DNA from: Vicinamibacterales bacterium
GTDB taxonomy: Bacteria; Acidobacteriota; Vicinamibacteria; Vicinamibacterales; CAVVIG01
Assembly: GCA_035693505.1 (NCBI GenBank)
Contig: DASSGK010000391.1
Coordinates: forward strand, 307-64,306
Length of the DNA stretch: 64,000 nt
Direction: 5' to 3'
Below the pieces are notes generated by a model. The model was not told where the DNA came from. It saw only the letters and a program-made list of their open reading frames with translations, and did not search any database. Positions 26,637 to 35,950 of this stretch are shown in pieces. A program made the position numbers and the translations under genes. Numbering within the stretch: the stretch's first letter is position 1; every line of letters starts with the position of its first letter.

Positions 26637-28937
26637 ATGTTCGAGCCTACTCCTTCGGGTCCTCCGAAACCCGGTAGCGTTCGGAGCGGGGCCGCTCATG
26701 GCGCCGGCGGTGGGACGGCCGGCTCGCCTCCACCATCGAACGCACCCGGCACGCCGTACTCGGCGGAAAACGACGTCCACCTTCTCGATCGTCTGGCGGT
26801 CCTGTACCGCTACCGGCGCCTGTCCGCCACGGTGTTCGTGCTGGTGACGGCGGCGATGATCATCCAGGGGTACAGCAACGTCAAGATTTTCCAGGCGCAA
26901 GCGCGCGTCCTCATCGAGGACGAGCGATCCACCGCGGTGCCGGGACTCCAGAACGAGCAGAACACCTACTTCGAAGACCCCGAGCCGTACTACCAGACGC
27001 AATACAAGATCCTGAAGGGCCGCGACCTGACGCGGCGGGTCGTCCGGAAACTGCACCTGGAAACGGTGCCCGAATTCAACGGGACCAAGCAGGCGCCCCC
27101 GACGCCGCTCTCGCTGCTTTCGGATCTCAAGACACGGCTGACAGGTTATTTCAAGAAGCCCGCTCCGAGCCCCGAACCACCCAGGGCGGCCGAGACTGCC
27201 GACGAGTCGGCGATGGTCGGTCAGTTCGTCGGAAGAGTCGATGTTGCGCCGGTCCGCGGCAGCCATCTCGTTGACGTAACGTTCGTGTCGGAGGATCCGA
27301 AGTTCGCCGCCGACGCGGTCAACGCCCTCGTCGACGAATACGTCAACGAGAATCTCGAGATCAAGCTCCGGTCGACGCAGGGGATGCTCGACTGGCTGGG
27401 CACCGAGCTCGCGAGCCAGCAGAAGCGCGTCGAAGACAGCGAGCGGGCGCTCGCGGAGTACCGTGAAAAAGAGAACGCCCTGTCCCTCGACGACAAACAG
27501 AACATCGTCCTGTCGCGCCTCAATCAGCTGAACGACACGGCGACGCACGCGCGAAGCAATCGCGTGCAGAAAGAGTCGCTCTACAACCAGGTCAAGGCCA
27601 TTTCCAGCGGCGGCAACCCGGACGCGATTCCCGTCATCGCCACGAACGCCGGCGTGCAGGCCGCACGGGCAAAACTGGTCGAGCTGCAGCGCCAGAAGGT
27701 ACAGCTCCTCGAGCGCTACGGCGACAAACACCCGAGAGTCCTCGACGTCAACGCGCAGCTCGACGACGCGCAGAAACAGCTCGACATCGCGATCTCGGGC
27801 GCCGTGCAGTCGGTGCGCAACGAGTACGAGACCGCGGTCATCGAAGAGCAGACGTTCGCGAAGAATCTCGAAGGCGCCAAGAGCGACGCCACGGCCCTGA
27901 ACCGCAAGGGCATCGGCTACGGCGTGATGGAGCGCGAGGCGAAGAGCAATCGCGAGGTGTATCAGTCGCTGCTCACCCGCGAGAAGGAATTGCGTGTCTC
28001 GGCCAACAGCCGCACGAACAACGTGCGCGTCGTCGATCGCGCCGAGATTCCTCGAACGCCGATTACGCCGGGCGGACGCCGCACGTGGCTGATGTCGGCG
28101 GTCATCGGTTTGGTCCTCGCGGTCGGCGTTGCGCTGGGCCTCGACTACATGAACGACACGATCAAGACGCCCGAGGACATCACCAGGCGTCTGAAGCTGC
28201 CGTTCCTCGGCCTCGTTCCCGCGGTGCGTGGCGACAAGCACCCGCTGCTCGCCTCGTCGCAGGTGCCGCACGACTTCGGGGAATCGTTCCGATCGCTGCG
28301 GACCTCACTGCTCTCGAAGTACCCGGACGAAGGCACGAAGATCATCATCGTGACCAGCGCCCAGCCTCTCGAAGGCAAGACGACCACGGCCGCGAACATC
28401 GCCATGGCGCTCGCGTACGGCGGCGCCCGCGTGCTGCTCGTCGACGCCGACATGCGTCGGCCCGGCCTGCACCGCCCGCTGCGCCTTACGAACGAGCGCG
28501 GCCTGTCGCAGGTGCTCACCGGTCAGGCGCGCGTGCGCGACGTCATTCAGCGGACGGTCGATCCGAATCTGCTCGCGATCACGGCCGGCCGGACGCCGCC
28601 CAATCCCTCGGAGCTGCTCTCGTCCGAACGGATGAAGACGCTGCTGGCCAACCTCACGCATGGTCCGTTCAACTGGATCATCGTGGACACGCCGCCCGTG
28701 CTCGCCGTCACGGACGCGGTGATTCTGGCGCCGATGGTAACCGGCGTCACCTTCGTTGTCGGCGCCGAAATGACGCGCCGGCGGCTGGCGGAGCGCGCGA
28801 TCGAGACCGTGATGCAATCACGGCCCCGGTATGCCGGCGTCGTGCTGAACAAGGTCAACTTCGAGAAGAACAAGTACTACTACTCGCGGTACTACGGCCA
28901 TCAGTACAAGAACTATTACGCCGAAGCCGCGCTCTGA
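26637..28937 (+). CDS. Polysaccharide co-polymerase / BY-tyrosine autokinase (Wzc/EpsG-like)
   Basis: A Wzz-like N-terminal TM segment, a long coiled-coil periplasmic domain and a second TM segment. The kinase domain has Walker A SAQPLEGKTTTAAN, Walker A' LLVDADMRRP and Walker B IIVDTPPV. The C-terminal Tyr cluster is NKYYYSRYYGHQYKNYY. Confidence 0.9.
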   Translation: MFEPTPSGPPKPGSVRSGAAHGAGGGTAGSPPPSNAPGTPYSAENDVHLLDRLAVLYRYRRLSATVFVLVTAAMIIQGYSNVKIFQAQARVLIEDERSTAVPGLQNEQNTYFEDPEPYYQTQYKILKGRDLTRRVVRKLHLETVPEFNGTKQAPPTPLSLLSDLKTRLTGYFKKPAPSPEPPRAAETADESAMVGQFVGRVDVAPVRGSHLVDVTFVSEDPKFAADAVNALVDEYVNENLEIKLRSTQGMLDWLGTELASQQKRVEDSERALAEYREKENALSLDDKQNIVLSRLNQLNDTATHARSNRVQKESLYNQVKAISSGGNPDAIPVIATNAGVQAARAKLVELQRQKVQLLERYGDKHPRVLDVNAQLDDAQKQLDIAISGAVQSVRNEYETAVIEEQTFAKNLEGAKSDATALNRKGIGYGVMEREAKSNREVYQSLLTREKELRVSANSRTNNVRVVDRAEIPRTPITPGGRRTWLMSAVIGLVLAVGVALGLDYMNDTIKTPEDITRRLKLPFLGLVPAVRGDKHPLLASSQVPHDFGESFRSLRTSLLSKYPDEGTKIIIVTSAQPLEGKTTTAANIAMALAYGGARVLLVDADMRRPGLHRPLRLTNERGLSQVLTGQARVRDVIQRTVDPNLLAITAGRTPPNPSELLSSERMKTLLANLTHGPFNWIIVDTPPVLAVTDAVILAPMVTGVTFVVGAEMTRRRLAERAIETVMQSRPRYAGVVLNKVNFEKNKYYYSRYYGHQYKNYYAEAAL

Positions 28938-29025
28938 TCGTTCGGCTGCCGCCCTTTTCCTCCTTCTCCTCATCGGCTGGCCCCTCGTAGCGTTCGCGGG
29001 CGCGTACCGCTGGACGCTGATCCCG

Positions 29026-30276
29026 TTGTTCGTCGGCCTCGTCGTGCTGCTGGCTGTGACGCGGCCCCCAGTCGGCGCGGGACGGTTCCGGCTGATGGAC
29101 TGGTCGCTCCTCGCGTGCCTGGTGGCGGTTGCCGCTCAACTGATCCCTCTCCAGGCCTCCCTGCGCGACAGCCTGTCACCACACGGGACGGCCGTCGATC
29201 GGATCGTCGGGTTCGACGTCGATGCAGGAATCCGCCCGGCGCATCCATTGACGCTCGATGTCGAGTCGACGGCGTGGGCGCTCGCGCTCGGCGCGGCGTA
29301 CATCGGTGTGTTCTGGTGTGCCCGCGCGGTCTTCTCGAGAGGCGGTGTGCGGACCACGGTACGTGGCGTCGCTGTGCTCGGCGCTGCCCTGACGGCGCTT
29401 GTCGCCGTGCAGCGCGCCACTTCGCCGCGGCTGCTGTATTGGACGTGGCAGCCGATCAGCGACGGGGCGTCGCCATACGGGCCATTCGTGAACCGCAACG
29501 CGCTGGCGAGTTGGCTCGCCATGGCGGTGCCGCTCGTCATCGGCTACGCGCTTGCGCGACAGCAGTCCCGATCGGCCCGCGACGGCCGGGCGATTCCGGG
29601 AGTCGCGATCGATCCCCTGCAGCTGTGGCTCGCGGCCGCCGCGATTCTCATGACCGGCGGCCTCCTGGCGTCGACGTCGCGCGCGGGCATTCTCGGCGGC
29701 GGGGTGGGTCTGTTGACGATGATCGTCCTCTCACGCCAGAGGCTCAAAGGCGGGTCCGGCCTTGCGTGGATGTTCGCCGGGCTCGTTGCGCTGGTCGTGC
29801 TCGCGTCGGCGTACGCCAACCTGGGAACTCTCGCCCTTCGACTGCAGGAAACCACCGAGCAGGGGCCGTGGGGCCGTCCGGCCATCTGGCGGGACACGTG
29901 GCGGATGGTGTCCGACTTCTGGTTGACGGGAGTCGGCGCCGGCGCGTTTCAGCGGGCGATGCTCGCCTACCAGCAGGGATCGCGGCTGTTCTTCTTCAAC
30001 CAGGCGCACAACGAATACCTGCAGGTGCTCGCCGAGGGAGGCCTGATCGTCGCCGTGCCTGCGTCGATCGCCCTGATCGCTACCGCGATGCTGATGGCAA
30101 AGACGCTCGATGCCGATCGCACATCGATCTTCTGGATCCGCGCCGGCGCGATCTGCGGCGTCGTCGCGATCGCCGTTCAGAGCATCTGGGACACCGGCTT
30201 GCGGACGCCCGCCAACGGCGTGCTCTTCGCCGTCATCGTGGCAATCACCCTTCACCAACGCGATCCGCGTCTGTGA
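29026..30276 (+). CDS. O-antigen ligase-like (Wzy_C) polytopic membrane protein
   Basis: Multiple TM segments and the FFFNQAHNEYLQVLAEGGLIV motif of the O-antigen ligase family. The first canonical start is TTG 29026. The same frame is open upstream with TM-like sequence but has no ATG/GTG/TTG. Confidence 0.75.
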   Translation: MFVGLVVLLAVTRPPVGAGRFRLMDWSLLACLVAVAAQLIPLQASLRDSLSPHGTAVDRIVGFDVDAGIRPAHPLTLDVESTAWALALGAAYIGVFWCARAVFSRGGVRTTVRGVAVLGAALTALVAVQRATSPRLLYWTWQPISDGASPYGPFVNRNALASWLAMAVPLVIGYALARQQSRSARDGRAIPGVAIDPLQLWLAAAAILMTGGLLASTSRAGILGGGVGLLTMIVLSRQRLKGGSGLAWMFAGLVALVVLASAYANLGTLALRLQETTEQGPWGRPAIWRDTWRMVSDFWLTGVGAGAFQRAMLAYQQGSRLFFFNQAHNEYLQVLAEGGLIVAVPASIALIATAMLMAKTLDADRTSIFWIRAGAICGVVAIAVQSIWDTGLRTPANGVLFAVIVAITLHQRDPRL

Positions 30277-31525
30277 AAGGTGAGAGCGCATTCGACGCTG
30301 AATGCCTTCTACCGGTAGTGTCCGGCTTTAGCCGGACCTCGGGGTCCGCCGTCAATCGGTACCAGGCGACCGACACCCACGCCAGTACGATGAGGACGAG
30401 AACGCGATCGAACTGCTCGATCGCGATTCGTGCCCACCCAAGTGAAGGCGCGACGGCGCTCAAGCGCACGGAGACGTCGAATGCCAGCGCCGCTTCCAGC
30501 GCAGCCAGCGGGATCCAGCGAGAGGGCAGCGTCCAGCGATCGACGTGAAACCACAGAAACGCAAACGCCGGCAGCATGAGAATGATGTTGTTGCCGTTGT
30601 GGTAGACGGTCAGCAGCGACCACATCCCGAACATCGCGGGAACCGCCATGCCGCCGTCATCGAGCGCACGCGATCGATCGCGCAGCGCGAGGCCACACAG
30701 TCCGATCAGAAGCGCCGCGGAGAGCGCAAGCCAGACGAGATCCGCAATGGAGGGATCGCCGATGGCGCTGTACGCCCACGCGCGGATGTTCATGTTGCCG
30801 ACGAGGCCATCCGGGCCTCCATACGCGCGGCCGATCACACCTCCCCACCCGGCCACCGTGACGAGCGGGTTCTCCCGGACGCGCACGTCGTACACAGCCA
30901 CGCCGAGCGCCACGACCGCGATGGCGACGATGAACGAACGGATGCGGCCGGTGACCAGCATCCACAGTGCGAAGGGGCCGGCGATGTGCGGCTTGAACAA
31001 CGCCGCTCCGATCAGCAGGCCGCTCGCCAGCCAGCGTGAGTCGGCAATCAGCATCGCGAGGCACGCGAGCGTCATCGAGAGCAGGCTGAACTGCAGCAGC
31101 GTCCGGGGAGCAGCCCAGCACAAGTACAGGAGCGTGGGCGCGATCAGCGCTTCGTTGCGCCGATACCAGTCGTTTCCAATGCCTGCTGGAGATGCGCATC
31201 GCAGGACGAACCATGGCAGGACCGGTGTGAGCGCGAGTGCAAATGCCGTCCACACTGGAACCACCAAGCGCTCCGGGATCAGGGCCAGCGGCGACAGCAA
31301 GACAATGGCATTCGGCGGATAGTCCGTAAAGGCGTCCGCGCCAGCGTAGAGCGACCGGCCGCCTAGTAGCCAGTCCCGGCACCACTCCACCATCGTCCAG
31401 AGATCCGATGCGCGGCGCGGATCGCGCAGGGCGAGCACCACGGCCGCACCCATGTTGATGGCGGCCGCGACGGCGAGGAGCACGAGCCAGGCTCGCGGAA
31501 CCTGTGAACGGCTGGGTGCGGTCAT
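30245..31525 (-). CDS. GT-C fold membrane glycosyltransferase (GT87/DUF2029-like)
   Basis: ATG 31523-31525 (MTAPSRSQVPRAWLVLLAVAAA...). It is polytopic, and the first loop has GADAFTDYPPNAIVLL. The ORF-track start at 32350 is a 275-aa out-of-context extension overlapping the next gene. Confidence 0.65.
   Translation of the reverse strand: MTAPSRSQVPRAWLVLLAVAAAINMGAAVVLALRDPRRASDLWTMVEWCRDWLLGGRSLYAGADAFTDYPPNAIVLLSPLALIPERLVVPVWTAFALALTPVLPWFVLRCASPAGIGNDWYRRNEALIAPTLLYLCWAAPRTLLQFSLLSMTLACLAMLIADSRWLASGLLIGAALFKPHIAGPFALWMLVTGRIRSFIVAIAVVALGVAVYDVRVRENPLVTVAGWGGVIGRAYGGPDGLVGNMNIRAWAYSAIGDPSIADLVWLALSAALLIGLCGLALRDRSRALDDGGMAVPAMFGMWSLLTVYHNGNNIILMLPAFAFLWFHVDRWTLPSRWIPLAALEAALAFDVSVRLSAVAPSLGWARIAIEQFDRVLVLIVLAWVSVAWYRLTADPEVRLKPDTTGRRHSASNALSPFTDADRVGEG
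30314..30350 (+). repeat. REP-like hairpin repeat (GTCCGGC-TTTA-GCCGGAC core), copy 3
   Basis: GGTAGTGTCCGGCTTTAGCCGGACCTCGGGGTCCGCC is 34/37 identical to the reverse complement of 12523-12559. It lies in the overlap zone of two convergent genes. Confidence 0.8.
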
Positions 31526-31548
31526 CGCTTCATGACTGCGGCTGCGAG

Positions 31549-32922
31549 TCAGGCCGGAGTTTCGCCGCCCGGAGCGCTGCACTCTCGCATCAGGACCGCG
31601 GCAAACCACACGAACAACGCGCACGTGATGAGCGCCACGACCACGCCCGGATCGATGGGGATTGTGTTCACGAATGCCGCCGGACCGTTCCCGCGCACAC
31701 CGAACGGCAGATAGAGGTTCAGTGCGAACACGACGCTCAGCGCCGCGAACACGCGCGCAAAGGCAGGCCGCAGCGCGGCGGCGATCGCGAGCAGCGGCAC
31801 CGCAAGGAAGAAATGGTTCTCGTGAACCTGCACTGACAGCGTGAAATACGTCACGACTACAAAGGCTCCGAGCGCAGCATGGAGCCCCAGATCGCGAGCA
31901 TGCCGGGCTGTCTTCAAGGCCCACAAGACCGCGCCTGTCAGCAGCAGCAGCGCCACGACTCGGGGGTTCGGGAATCCTCGCGCCATCGCGTAGGTATGCT
32001 GGACGATTCCCGCCCTCGCTGTGACTGCCGCTCGAAACCCGCCGGCGCTCGCCGCCGCCATGAAGAGGTAGCTGATAATCCACCAGAGATTGAAGGCCAG
32101 CGCCGATAACATGTCGTGCCCGGCGAGCACCGCGATGGACCGCAGCATCTGGAACGTCTTGCCGACCGCCACGACGGGCGCAGCGACGATTGCCGCCCAG
32201 AACGCCGATGCCAACACGGCATCGCGGACCCGAGTCGTGCCGCCCTCGGCGGGTCCGGCATTCCACAACGCGAGGGCGACCACGGGGCCGACGAATAATC
32301 CTTGTGGTTTGGTCACGACGGCGGCTGTGAACAGCGCACCGGCCAGCCACGGGCGCCCAGCGGACGCAGCGGCCACGGCGCTCACGGCCGGGATGGCCAG
32401 AAAGACGTCGATGTAGCCGAGCGTCGTAGTCATGAGGACCGCCGGGTTCGCCCAGTAGGTCATGGCCGCCGACCAGGCGCGACCCGAACCACCACCCCGT
32501 CGGACCACAACGAAGATCAGCGTCGACAAGAGGGCATCGAGCAGTGCGATTGCGCCCTTGATGGTCCGGGTCAACGGCACGCCATCTTCGAAGCGCCCGC
32601 CGTTGATCGCCATGTGAACGCGTCCGACGATCGCCAGTTCATCGAGCGCCAGCGGCGGGTACACGACCGGCGCATCGATGTCGCCGAACTTCACCGTGTG
32701 CCCCCTGGGCCCGTACAGGTTCCACGGCCCTCGCGTGGCGGCGTGATAGCTCCAGGCACGCCACGAGTCGTCGACAACCGGGACTCCGATGGAGAGAACG
32801 GCGAGGCGGACGAAGACGCCGACAATCAGCGCCGCGGCAACGAGAAGGCGGCGCACGCGGTTCGGGGATGGAAAGAAGGAAGGTTGTGTCGTCGGAGCAC
32901 TGCGGCTGGGCGCCGCAATCAC
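31549..32922 (-). CDS. GT-C fold membrane glycosyltransferase (DUF2029/PMT_2-like), paralogous architecture to 30245..31525
   Basis: Polytopic. The first extracytoplasmic loop has acidic VVDDSW and VVYPPLALDEL motifs. GTG 32920-32922 overlaps the upstream TGA (GTGA). Confidence 0.6.
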   Translation of the reverse strand: MIAAPSRSAPTTQPSFFPSPNRVRRLLVAAALIVGVFVRLAVLSIGVPVVDDSWRAWSYHAATRGPWNLYGPRGHTVKFGDIDAPVVYPPLALDELAIVGRVHMAINGGRFEDGVPLTRTIKGAIALLDALLSTLIFVVVRRGGGSGRAWSAAMTYWANPAVLMTTTLGYIDVFLAIPAVSAVAAASAGRPWLAGALFTAAVVTKPQGLFVGPVVALALWNAGPAEGGTTRVRDAVLASAFWAAIVAAPVVAVGKTFQMLRSIAVLAGHDMLSALAFNLWWIISYLFMAAASAGGFRAAVTARAGIVQHTYAMARGFPNPRVVALLLLTGAVLWALKTARHARDLGLHAALGAFVVVTYFTLSVQVHENHFFLAVPLLAIAAALRPAFARVFAALSVVFALNLYLPFGVRGNGPAAFVNTIPIDPGVVVALITCALFVWFAAVLMRECSAPGGETPA

Positions 32923-34082
32923 GCGATCATCGCGCGGAACAGAATCCGGCGCGCGGGCGGGTGCTTGAAGAGGGCGCGGATGAGCGGGCGGTGTTCGTTG
33001 AACCGGGCGGTCGCGCGCACGATCGGCATGATGCCGTCGGTATGCGCCAGTTCGAAGAAACTGTCGATCGCCTCATCGCTGAGCGAGGCCGCGACTTCGC
33101 GCAGCTCCTGCTGCGCTTCGAACTCCGCCGCAAGCTCGGTCCGCCACTGGTCCTCATAGTCCGAGAGGCGTCTCGCGTCGAGCCGATCGTCAGCGAGCGC
33201 GGCCACGGCCACCTCGGCGGCCAGGGCGCCGCTCACGATGCTGTAGTGAATTCCGCCGCCGGTCGTCGGCTTCACCAGGCCCGCCGCGTCGCCGATCGCA
33301 AGAATGCGATCGCCGTACGTCTTGCCGACGGCGCCGAGCGGCAGGATCTTCACTCGCGGCGCCAGGTCGTCGCCGATCACGCCCCATCGATCGCGGACGC
33401 GTTCGACCATTCGCTCGTAGCACACGCGAATGTCGCGCGAGGCCATCACGCCAATCCGCACGCATGCGCCATCGGGACGCAGCACCGGCACCGCCCAGGC
33501 AAAACCGCCCGGGGCGACATCCTGGCCGAAATGCAACTCGACTGCCCCCGGCCGACGCGCGCGGAGCTCGCGCTGTGCCGTGTGCAGATACGAAGTGGGA
33601 AGACCGAATCCGAAGCGGCGCTGGAATTTGTAGCTTGCGCCGCAGGCCAGGACGGCCATGCGCGCGTGCACGGGGACGCCGCCGGCGTGTGCGCGCACGC
33701 CGCTCTTGTGAATCTCCAGCGACGTCACGCGCGTGGCGAGCCGGATTTCAGCGCCGGCAGCCAGCGCTCGATCCGCGAGTGCGCGATCGAAGACGGGCCG
33801 ATCGATGACGGTGGCGAGAGGGACCGGAGTGGTGTAGTCGACCGGAATACCACCCGGCGAGAGGAAGCGGACCGACGTCAGCTCGTTGAGCGTCGCGCTG
33901 GATGGCAGATCGAACCGCGTGAAACTATCGGCTGAGAGCACGCCGGTGCAGTGGACCGGATCGCCGATGCGCGCGTGTTCCTCGCAGACAAGCGTCCGCA
34001 CGCCGCGCTCCGCGAGGCGCGCGGCCATGAAGAGTCCTCCCGGGCCTCCGCCCACGATGAGGACATCCGTCGCCCTATCCAT
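32919..34082 (-). CDS. FAD-dependent oxidoreductase, geranylgeranyl-reductase-like
   Basis: The N-terminal DVLIVGGGPGGLFMAARLAERGVRTLVCEE (GxGxxG + acidic end), VHCTGVLS and C-terminal AIGDAAGLVKPTTGGGIHYS are typical of the GGR family. Confidence 0.6.
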   Translation of the reverse strand: MDRATDVLIVGGGPGGLFMAARLAERGVRTLVCEEHARIGDPVHCTGVLSADSFTRFDLPSSATLNELTSVRFLSPGGIPVDYTTPVPLATVIDRPVFDRALADRALAAGAEIRLATRVTSLEIHKSGVRAHAGGVPVHARMAVLACGASYKFQRRFGFGLPTSYLHTAQRELRARRPGAVELHFGQDVAPGGFAWAVPVLRPDGACVRIGVMASRDIRVCYERMVERVRDRWGVIGDDLAPRVKILPLGAVGKTYGDRILAIGDAAGLVKPTTGGGIHYSIVSGALAAEVAVAALADDRLDARRLSDYEDQWRTELAAEFEAQQELREVAASLSDEAIDSFFELAHTDGIMPIVRATARFNEHRPLIRALFKHPPARRILFRAMIA

Positions 34083-34106
34083 GTGGCCTGCATTATAAGC
34101 GGACTG

Positions 34107-34715
34107 TTAAGGGACGCGGCGATTGCGTTTCTCCCAGGAACCCGTCCCGGTGATCCAGAACGACAGCAGGATCAACTTCAGGTCCAGCCAGAAGCTCGCT
34201 CGCTTCAAATAGACCTGGTCCAGCCGGAATTTGCTCGTTCGCGAAATGTCGCGCGACGCATACACCTGCGTCAGGCCGGTCAGGCCTGGTCGGATGCTGT
34301 GGCGAGCGTGATAGCCGGGAATCTGATCGAGCTGGACGAGACGACCGTCGCCGCGCACTTCCACTTCCCCGGGCCGCAGCGGCCTCGGCCCGACGAAGCT
34401 CATGTCGCCCGCGAAGATGTTCCACAACTGCGGCAGTTCGTCCATCGCGGTCGCACGCATGAACCGGCCGATGCGCGTAACGCGCGGATCGTTCTCCGTC
34501 GCCTGCACCGGGCCCGTACGTTTCTCCGCGTCGGGAACCATCGACCGGAACTTCAGCGCGTCGAACGTCCTGCCCCCGAGCCCGACCCGCGCCTGACGGA
34601 AGAACACCGGACCGCCGTCTTCCACCTTGATGGCCGTGGCGAGCAATGCCCACACAGGCGCCGATACGATAAGGCCGACGCCCGAGAGCGCGCAGTCGAA
34701 GGCCCGCTTGATCAC
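34107..34715 (-). CDS. Polyprenyl-phosphate sugar-1-phosphate transferase (small bacterial sugar transferase, PglC/EpsL/WcaJ-C-terminal type)
   Basis: KRAFDCALSGVGLIVSAPVWALLATAIKVEDGGPVFFRQARVGLGGRTFDALKFRSM...DELPQLWNIFAGDMSFVGPRP. Confidence 0.9.
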   Translation of the reverse strand: MIKRAFDCALSGVGLIVSAPVWALLATAIKVEDGGPVFFRQARVGLGGRTFDALKFRSMVPDAEKRTGPVQATENDPRVTRIGRFMRATAMDELPQLWNIFAGDMSFVGPRPLRPGEVEVRGDGRLVQLDQIPGYHARHSIRPGLTGLTQVYASRDISRTSKFRLDQVYLKRASFWLDLKLILLSFWITGTGSWEKRNRRVP

Positions 34716-35950
34716 GCAGCGCGCTCCATGCCGGCCACGCGCTCGAACAGGTTGTGATAGGCCTGCACGGCGACTTTACGATCGTACTGTCTCGCGGCGA
34801 GCCGCGCCCTCGCGCCCATCTCGCGCGTCATCGCCGGGTTGTCGTGCATCGTGGCAATGGCATCGGCGAGCGCCGCCGGGTCGCCGGGGATCGCCACGAG
34901 GCCGCAGCCGCTCTCCCGGGCGATCTGCGCGGGTTCGCTGGCCGGATCGGTGGCGGCGATGTACGGACGCCCGGCCGCGAGAATCCCGTACACCTTGCTC
35001 GGCACGATGAAGCCTTCGATGCCCGCCTTGAGCGAAACGAGAAACGCATCGGCCGCGGCAAACGAGTCGTGAAGCAGCGCCTTCGGCTGGTATGGAAGGA
35101 ACCGCACGTTGGTCAGGCCGCGAGCAGCGGCCATCGCCTCGAGCGGCCGTCGCTTCGATCCGTCGCCGACGATCGCGACGGTCAGCCGCTCCTTCGATCG
35201 CAGCCGATCTGCGGCCTCGATCAGGACGTCAAGGTTCTGCGACAGCCCCACGTTGCCGGAGTGCATCAGGACGAAACGATCGGCCAGCCCGTGCTCCCGG
35301 GAAAACGCGTTGTCCTTCGGCCCGGGGACGATCGCGTCGCAATCGGCCCAGTTGTGAATGACGTGGACGCGCGCAGGATCGGCGCCTTTCTCTTCCACGA
35401 GGCGACGGCGCATGCGATCGCCGAGGGCGACGATGCCGTCCGCGCTCCGCAGCAGATGACGGTTGATGCGATCGAGCGCCGCGTTGACGGCACGATTCTG
35501 AAAGTCCTCGAGAAGCGTCGCGACCTCTGGAAAGATGTCCTCGCACAGAAACACGAAGCGCGCACCTGTGCGCCGCGCCGTCCAGAGAGCCGTGAGTCCG
35601 ACAATCGGCGGATCGGTCAGCGAGACCACGACATCGGGACGGCCGACACCGAAGCTGGCCGCCGTCGCCGCGCCGAAATAGCTCACGTAGTTCGACGCGC
35701 GGGCGACGAAGCGGCCGGGACGAAGCGTCGTGCCGTTCGCGCGCCGGATGTCGACGCCGCGATGCTGCTCGCGGCTCACGAGCGTCCGTCGCGTTCCCGT
35801 CTCCGCGCGCGATGCATTCAGCGCTCGTCCGGCCACGACCGTCACGTCCGTGTGGTAGCGGCTGACGAGATCCTCTGCCAGCTCCGCCAGCAGCTGGCCT
35901 GTCGCGGCCTGGTCTGGCCAGTACGAACGGTTGAAAAAGCAGATCTTCAC
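34712..35950 (-). CDS. Glycosyltransferase family 4 (WcaI-like)
   Basis: [30 protein letters not shown] 35948-35950 overlaps the fcl stop (GTGA). Confidence 0.8.
   Translation of the reverse strand: MKICFFNRSYWPDQAATGQLLAELAEDLVSRYHTDVTVVAGRALNASRAETGTRRTLVSREQHRGVDIRRANGTTLRPGRFVARASNYVSYFGAATAASFGVGRPDVVVSLTDPPIVGLTALWTARRTGARFVFLCEDIFPEVATLLEDFQNRAVNAALDRINRHLLRSADGIVALGDRMRRRLVEEKGADPARVHVIHNWADCDAIVPGPKDNAFSREHGLADRFVLMHSGNVGLSQNLDVLIEAADRLRSKERLTVAIVGDGSKRRPLEAMAAARGLTNVRFLPYQPKALLHDSFAAADAFLVSLKAGIEGFIVPSKVYGILAAGRPYIAATDPASEPAQIARESGCGLVAIPGDPAALADAIATMHDNPAMTREMGARARLAARQYDRKVAVQAYHNLFERVAGMERAA

Noticed and set aside
31526-32350. N-terminal 275-aa extension of ORF 30245..32350. Similar upstream extensions occur at 311..562, 14062..14277, 22149..22433, 23481..24050, 38692..38916, 46027..46206, 47094..47645, 48341..48607, 49663..50238, 50790..51416, 54661..55023, 56515..56697, 57249..57371, 59263..59922 and 60003..60176.
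   Set aside because: The extensions overlap the preceding real gene in another frame and are Arg-rich junk. An internal start produces a canonical family N-terminus, often with an ATGA or GTGA overlap to the upstream stop.
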